Shown here: positions 56,921 through 64,000 of the stretch, one piece after another
How positions within the stretch are numbered: the stretch's first letter is position 1
How the letters are laid out: each line of letters begins with the position of its first letter
Assembly (NCBI GenBank): GCA_963920595.1
Contig: OY986948.1
Coordinates: forward strand, 5,022,001-5,086,000
Length of the DNA stretch: 64,000 nt
Source of the DNA: Eimeria praecox
Lineage: Eukaryota
Reading direction: 5' to 3'
The notes under the pieces: generated by a model
The model's database searches: none
What the model was told of the DNA's origin: nothing
What the model saw: the letters and a program-made list of their open reading frames with translations, nothing else
Made by a program: the position numbers and the translations under genes

Positions 56921-58894
56921 CCGTTCAGTGGCAACATGTGCAAACCGCGGAGTGTGCACCGTTACCTAAATGCATGTTTTGATTAGCCATTTGGTCATCA
57001 TTGCACACGCTGTCGTCGTTTATCATGCCACTCTCTACAGTTTTATGCGCTATTCTTCTCTGGCTTCCATTCCTCCTTGATCAGCTGCCCATACCCTACT
57101 ACCCTTGAGCCGCTGCCCAAAGCACGTACTCTTTCATGCTTTGTGGCTACGCCTCCCGCTTTTGTGGCTGATTGGCCCAGTGTTGTTGATGGGGCTCACT
57201 CATACTCCTTTGGATGCTGCGCTGCGGCAGCAGCCTCCTACACACTTTTTATATTTGCTGGGGTGGCTGTACTAGCAGTTCTCAAATCTTGAAAACTACA
57301 GAATTGTCCTCCTTGAGCAGTGGCCGAATGCGGGACAGCAGTGGCAGTAGGATAGCGCAAAGGCATCTTGCAGGATGTTGTTCCCTCCTCTGATTTTTCT
57401 TTTATTCCTCACGGGCGACCAGCCACACGAGGACGCCTGCCAGTTGGTGGAGAGAGGGGCGCAGAGGCAGTATGCTCTGAGCAGTGTTGGTACGCGTATC
57501 GCTGGTTGCTTATAGACTCACAATGGAGGACCAACAATGCGCTTGACGCTAGTGTGTGCTAGTCTCCAAAGCTAGCGCATGCAGCTATGCATGCATGTGG
57601 GGCTGCCCTGCAGCACTAGTTGCAGCAGTGCGCTGCCATCCATGAAAGTCCGGCAGTATCATTACAAGCTCCGGGCTTTAGAGTAGCTCTGCACAGTACA
57701 CCTGAAGATAAAGGGAATGCCAGCTGCCACTCCTCTGTTAAGATCGAGGTATCCCTTCACACGCTGCCTTGCTGCCCTAGCTACAAGAAGGTGCGTCGCA
57801 GGCCATCTGGCAAGCCGCCTCTGTTCACACCAGCCCCAGGCCTTTGAGCCACTGTGGCCAGGATGCCTGTAAGCTGGAGGAGGCCAGCTGCTCTAGGGGG
57901 GATCTTCCTTTTCGCATACTGCAGCTCGTAGCCATTTTCAGCTAAGACCGAGCGCCTTCGCTGTTCTTTACTGCTTGCAATAACACGGAAGACTGTAGTG
58001 TAGACAGGTATCAAACGCTTACTCGGCCCCGCCGTAGCCACTATTAGCCCACCTAGCGGTACTACGACGAACACCACAGATGCCACGCTGCACTTACGTG
58101 AGGAGCTCCCATCATCCGCTGCACTGAAATGCTGTAAAGGAGTGAACAACTACTCAGCGATCACGCCTATGGCATGGAATTTGCTAAGCTTGTTTTTGGA
58201 TGCAAGCCCGTTGTATTGCAGCGGTAGCGCCTGGCAACTGGTGCTCGCAGACCTGATAAGTATCACAGTTAGACGCACCGCTTTGAGTCCAAAAGGTCCT
58301 TACTATTTATGTACCATTAATATTTTAGAACTTTATGACTTTTCCAAGCATAATTACCATCAATACCGTCTTGCCGTAGCAGGCCGTAGGCATAAGCCTG
58401 CTGGCCGAACCAGAGCGCTGCAGGAAGGCCTTGGAGGTGAACACCAAACCCCTGCAAGCCATGCTACCCCAATGAGACTCAGAGTAGTATATAGTAAGGA
58501 ACAATTACAAGCGAACACTGTCTTAACACAACCATATGGAGAACAACGAAACTGGAAGTCTCCAAAAATCCATAGAGCAAGCAGCTCAGCCCCCATTCCA
58601 GCCCGCATCCTGCAGTTCACTCAAAGGCTCCGAGCCGCTGTTCCCTTGGTTATGAATATATTAAAGCAAGACTCAAGAACTCGAAGAAATCTTCAGTGTT
58701 GAATTGCAGAGGATACGCAAAACCTCCTAGGATCAATTCTTACTTCGGCTCGGGTCAGGAGAGTGGTTCCTCCCAGCAACTATCAGTGGTGGCACCGACA
58801 ATCGAAGCAGCCAAGAGAATCATCATTTAGATCTTTCATAAAGGTGAAACAGGCCATTTATATTGTCTCGCAGAGGCAGTCTGCCTCCTTGGAA

Positions 58895-59395
58895 ATGTGC
58901 CTTTCCCAGCATATCTTCCTCCTTGCCCTGCTGGTTGCCTCAGTCGGCACAGCAAGAGGCTCAAGCCATGGAACCAACCAGTTGAGTCTCAGCAACGAAA
59001 ACATTTTCGAACCAGGCGGGGCATCGTTGCTGTATGATGGTGCAGTGAGCTTCAGGAGGAGCCGACGGCGTAGCACATCCATGTTCGCAATGCACGCCAT
59101 TTTGGCGACGACGGCAGTTGTTCTTCTTCTCATTATGCACTGTTTCAAGACGCTCAACTCCCAAGAATCAAGAGTAGACAGCAGAGTGGTGGCACGACGA
59201 CTTGCTGAAGGGGACGGAGACCCTTGCTCTGTAAGCCCTGCCTTTATGAGACAATCAACTCGCCTCCTGATCCTTGACAGCTTGCCGGCTGGGAAAATAG
59301 CACCAGAAAGTAGCAGCAGGAGGAGGCTTTGCTCCTTATACTCACGCCTTTTGCTGTTCCGCGACCAGTGCTTCCACTGGCATACGCCTATGTAA
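58895..59395 (+). CDS. Putative secreted/membrane protein of an Eimeria-type expanded family (signal peptide, TM segment, RRLAE); probably exon 1 = 58895-59230
   Basis: ATG at 58895 gives MCLSQHIFLLALLVASVGTARG (signal-peptide-like), a basic RRSRRRS stretch, hydrophobic FAMHAILATTAVVLLLIMHC, then VARRLAEGDGDPCS. GTAAGC (donor consensus) follows at 59231. The unspliced ORF stops at 59395. No downstream exon was identified. Confidence 0.6.
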   Translation: MCLSQHIFLLALLVASVGTARGSSHGTNQLSLSNENIFEPGGASLLYDGAVSFRRSRRRSTSMFAMHAILATTAVVLLLIMHCFKTLNSQESRVDSRVVARRLAEGDGDPCSVSPAFMRQSTRLLILDSLPAGKIAPESSSRRRLCSLYSRLLLFRDQCFHWHTPM

Positions 59396-60112
59396 AGTGG
59401 CGCCAAGATGCGCATGATGCACATTTGGATGATGGGACACTGCTACAGGTTCTCACACTGTGAACTGCATTTTACGGGGTGAAAAGAGGCGAACATCAAA
59501 GAATTTCAGAGGCCCAGGGAGGGCAGTAAAAGCCTACTGTCAAGGAAGAGCGGGGTTACGCAGCCTGTGAGTTTCGGAATGAAACGGTAAAGTGCTCCCA
59601 ATCCTGGACGGAAACGACGTATGAGGGGAGCGGATGAGAACCATTTAAAACATTTTAGGGGGTGCTAGGGAGTGGTTCACTGGTCCGTGCACTTACCACG
59701 AACATTTATGCGGCTGGCTGCAGTCCCAACTCGGGCTTAGCTGGGAGCTAGTTTAATGGTTAAAATTTGGAGCCTTCATGGTGGGAACAAAAACCAGTGA
59801 ATGTGCGAACATATACATGTGTGTGAATTTTTCACCGGCTTTGAGGTGGTTAGCTTTTAATGATCCAGGGGGTTAAATTCAAATACCTGCAATAAGGGAT
59901 GAGGGAGTTCACCGCGGAATCTTGCTTTTTGCCAGGTTGTTGTGAAGATTGTCGTTTTAACTCTTTCGATTTGAAATGACGACAGAACATTGTATATATG
60001 GAAACGCTGCATCCTCGGTTTGGAGGCCTGCTGTGTAAAACTCTAAGCGGTCTACAATTCTAAGGATGCTCGGCGGATGGTTTGGCCTCAAAAAGAGGAG
60101 TTGCACTCCATT

Positions 60113-60114
<2 letters not shown>

Positions 60115-60205
<91 letters not shown>
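60115..60205. repeat. (TA)45 microsatellite
   Basis: Directly visible; it lies between the gene and its paralog. Confidence 0.99.
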
Positions 60206-60207
<2 letters not shown>

Positions 60208-60876
60208 ATGATGCAGATGCTTTTTGCCGACACGAGGGTTCAGCATACTGCTTGCAGAAATGTTACTTTGGCATCAGCATTCTGGTCGAGTGCCGCATTC
60301 CTTGCCCCCAAGTTCCTTTTACTCTCATCACCGTTCCTGCCCTGTTGCGGCTCTACTGGCAAGCAATGCATAGCGATGTTGACGGACACTTCGTTGCGCG
60401 TAGGATGTGGCTGGTTTACACTGGCTTACGGAGTGAGAGGAAGCGGTCCTTGTGTACAAGCCCGTAGTGCATACAAAGCTCTTGGTATACAAGCAGCGCA
60501 CGCTATAGGTAAGCAGTTGGTACTGAAGTTGAGCAGTAGTGCCAAAGAAGAATACGGTCAGCTTTTGCAGAAGAATATAGAGGAGGGATTTTTGCCAGGA
60601 ATAGTAGTGTGAAGTAGGATGACGACATAAGCATTGTGTTCCTCGTCTCTGGTATTGAATATATTAAAACAGTTGAAGACTCAAGGAGTCTTCAAAACTG
60701 AACTGCAGTGCTTCGGCTTCACCGCCTAAAATCAACTGTTACTTTGGCGCCGGCCATAAGAGTGGCTCATCGCGATCAACTTGAGACTGTCCAGGTTTTT
60801 TGTGCATCATTTAGATCTCGTAAAGGTGAATTAGCCTTTCACTGTTGCCTCGCCTAGGCAGGCTGCTCCCGTGGAT

Positions 60877-61256
60877 ATGCGGTCCCTCTGCTGTATTCCT
60901 CTTGCAGTTCTCAATAGTCGACCCAGCAAGAGGGTGAAGCCAAGCAACGGGCGAGTTCTATTTCGGGCACCAAAAGAGTTCTAAGCCTATCTGGGCTTCG
61001 TTACACAACGACGGTACAAACAGTTTCGGTTTCGGTTAGGAGCCGTCGCCGCAGCACAGCGGTATTCGCAATGCACGCCATTTTGGCGGCTGCAGCAGCG
61101 GTGCTTCTGCTTATTATGAATTGCATTAAGGTGCTCATTTCCCTAGAACCAAACGGATACAGCGGGATGCTGAGGCTTGGGCGGCCCCTCAAGGTCTCAC
61201 GCAGTGCCTTGAATAGACATTCACTTCGCGTTCTGGATGACTTGCCGTCTCGTTAA
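60877..61256 (+). pseudogene. Pseudogenised tandem paralog of the 58895 gene (within a diverged duplicate of ~58650-59955 at ~60655-61890)
   Basis: The ATG at 60877 runs into TAA at ~60982. The homologous RSRRRSTAVFAMHAILAAAAAVLLLIMNCIKVL is in a different frame, and the RRLAEG segment is absent. Upstream (GAATATATTAAA, CATCATTTAGATCT) and downstream (GCGGATGAG, GGGGGGTGCTAGG, GCCAGGTT) blocks are shared. Confidence 0.8.
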
Positions 61257-64000
61257 GCTACACCGGAAAATGCCACAAGGATGTTTTTCCTGCTGGCCTC
61301 GCTGTGTGTTGTAGCACGACCAATACATTGCTCGACAGTCACAAGCACAGGGAAAATTGTATCGTCTGTATTAAGGGGTGGGAGAGTGCTACAAGCTCCA
61401 CGGCGCACTGCGAGGTACAATGCATGCAGTGGTATGAGCTAGGTATGCAGGTGTTTCTAACGCCCCCGATGGGGAATAGTAATGGTGTGCGGTATAGAAA
61501 GACGGGGGATACACCGAATGGCTTTCCTGATCGAAAAATTGTTGTGCTCTGGAAACTGAACGGGAAGGAAATACGAGCGGGGCGGATGAGGGCCATCTAA
61601 TACATACTGGGGGGTGCTAGGAAATAGTTTGGTGAGCCTTATACTCGCCTGAACTTGGCCAACTGGCTGCAGGCAGTCGTTTGGTCAGATTTCCCTAGAG
61701 GTAGAGCTGGATTTTGGAGCCTTGAAGGCCAGAGCGAGCAACTGTTAGTGGGAGCATGCTGGACTGATGCATGAAGGTAGAATTTGTATTACTGTTTGGC
61801 TTTAGCGTATCGAAAGGGTTAAATATGCTAGCTGTGGGTTGATGGGGTTCGTTGAGGTCTTTCCTGCCAGGTTATTTTGAGGATTGTCGCCGTTGCTTTG
61901 GGGAAGTAGAGGGAGGACAAAGTGGTTTTGCGTGTTGAAAAGCTGCGGCATCGATTTCTAAGCCAAAGCTGTATACAACTCGCAGAAGGCCACAAGGGCA
62001 GGGAATGCTGAATACGGAACCGGCATGGAGCAGCGGAGGGCGCGTCAAAAAGAGGAACGACCCTCAAGTTTTATGCATATGACGGGGACGGGGTTTGAAG
62101 GCACGACGGTTCTGCAGGCCACATGGAGAAGCGTGCCTTCGACTTGAAATGCCTGTCCTAATGACACTGGCCGTTTCTTCCCCCTCGTTTTACTTTCAGT
62201 GCTGTTCCTGTCCTGATGCTGCGACTGTAGTGGTAAGGAATGCCTAACGAGGGGTCTTGTTTCTGGTCTTTAATACGCGGCCCAAGCTGATATATCTGCT
62301 TTTGTACTGTTGCGAATTATGCATACGTGCAAAGCGCACGAAAGCTGTTGGAAGGCACTTGGTTTCTAGGATGTGAGTGGCTTGTAATAGCTTGCAGAGT
62401 GAGAGAAAGCGTACCAGGGGTGTACATCCGTAGTGCTTCCAAGTCTCTTGCTCCGCAAGAAGCTCACGTTAAAGGGTAGAGGCGTTTCGCAGGTTGTCCA
62501 GCAACACCGCTGGAGGCTTCAGGAAAGTGCTGCTAATGCTTGCTTCAGCAGGAATATTCGCATGAAATCGTAGTGTAGCGCACGATGTCAGCTCAAGGCG
62601 TTCTTCTAAAGAAAATGGGAATTATGTTACTTGGCGCTTGAGCTTACAGGATGTATATGCTCAGTGAAGGACTGCCGAGTTAAGTGGCAGGAGTTTGCGT
62701 CAAGCGTGCAGACTTTGCTTTCAGGCTTAAAACAGTTGTGCGAACAAAACGATGAAGGGAACTGGATAGAATCTTTACGCGGCCGGGTAAAGCCGTAAGA
62801 CTACTGTTGGGATGGGGTGGCTTGATCAAAGTAGAATCGCGTTTTGCGCGCTGGGTACATGTTGGAAGCGCCTCTTTTGAAGCGCAAAAAGCGCAGGTAG
62901 TACGATATAGCCTCTCCGATTTTGGGGGGGTTGGTGCTGGGCAGACGAGATGCGTGAGGTGGAAACGGTGGGGCTTAGAGCTTAGGGGAAACTTACTTTT
63001 CCTTTTCAGGGCTGCTCAACTGTGCCGCAAACAAGTTGCTACAAGGACTCAAAATATCTTATCGCTTTTCAAGTTTAAAAGGCATATGCAGACGACACAT
63101 GCCTGTGGTGGGAGTGCCGTATATTTGGGCACCGTTAAGGGGTTTAAAATAAATAATCTGTTAGAGAGGGGAGGCCTTCACAGGAGAAGCCAGAATGCTT
63201 TCAGGATGTGCGTTTTCCATCTGTGAAGCCGCTCCTGCTTAACGTCGTTCGATGCAGCATGGGACGTTTGAGGGGGAAATATTGTTTGCCTCACTTCCTG
63301 AAAAGTGCGTCGTCGCTCGTTTGAGCATCTGATATACTTGCGTTTGGCGGCCAACTGGCATGCCTTGCCTTGGTGAGAACAAGCCAGAAGCGGCTTTAAG
63401 CGTTGAAGACTTCCATCTGAGATGTTGGTGCTGCAGCGTCAATGGTCTGCAGTGCTGCTGCAATACTGAAGAGCCTGCGAGGTACAAGCAAAGTGTGCAA
63501 TTTTCCCTTGGAGCACGGAAGCGCCTCCGAGTACGATATGTGCAAGGAGCTTTGAGTTGCCATTCTCATGTTTAGCGTTAGTCCGCAAGTAGCTTGCTGA
63601 GGATCACCGAGTTTTACGGATTGCGCAGCGCGATGACATTATTCCGCATTGCTAAACAACACATGAGGCGAATTATTGGCGTAGTTACTTTGATTTGTAG
63701 AAGGCTGCTCAGCGGTACGTGCTTCTAGCAAGCTGCTGGTGTTGCAGCCAGTGCGTTCGGTCTGTGGAAATCCTCAGAACTATCTTTTCAGTCAGGTGCA
63801 ACTGGGAGGATTTGGTATTTATTGGTCTCACGAGGAGCCAAATCGATAACCTGGAGTGTGAAGCGCACCAAACACAGATAGTGAGGAAGTGGCGGTACTC
63901 CCAGGTTGCTCCATCTCGCCACTGGGTTTTGGCCTGGGGGCCTCTAGCAAGCCCTTGCTGTCATTATGCGTTTCTGCAATAAGACCTGTGTGGTAACAGG

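Noticed and set aside
56960..57350. Minus-strand pseudo-coding-looking stretch (similar hints at 19070-19310, 26900-27040 and 62300-64000)
   Set aside because: Interrupted by stops, with no motif I can assign confidently without a database search.
58142..58702. 186-aa ORF upstream of the RRLAE gene
   Set aside because: GTG start and no recognisable domain; its 3' end overlaps the duplicated upstream block of the neighbouring gene.

Overview
Eukaryotic, gene-poor, repeat-dominated DNA, most likely from a coccidian apicomplexan (Eimeria-like). That assignment is inference from the TGCATGCA octamers, short (CAG/CTG)n runs, decayed Ty3/Gypsy chromovirus sequence and a signal-peptide/TM/RRLAE-type gene. 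From left to right the window holds: a 273-bp GT-rich satellite (~42.7 copies, 1-11.7 kb); a ~6.7-kb-period tandem segmental duplication with a near-identical 3.9-kb core (14.3-24.9 kb); a 1208-bp macrosatellite (12.3 copies, 28.6-43.5 kb) with 3-unit higher-order structure, a foreign conversion patch and diverged flanking copies; a Q/E/K-rich pseudogene; two decayed Gypsy pol remnants, one ending in a chromodomain-like segment, on either side of a ~5.4-kb (GATA)n/(TA)n satellite; a perfect 30-bp-arm hairpin and a 74-bp palindrome at that satellite's left edge; and a putative secreted-protein gene with a pseudogenised tandem paralog (58.6-61.9 kb). Most ORFs in the supplied track are repeat-derived or spurious. 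I recognised no rRNA, tRNA or CRISPR array. All identities and alignments were judged by eye. I found no demonstrable new biological system; the best leads are structural (the hairpins, the array architecture and a possible heterochromatin/centromere-like domain).
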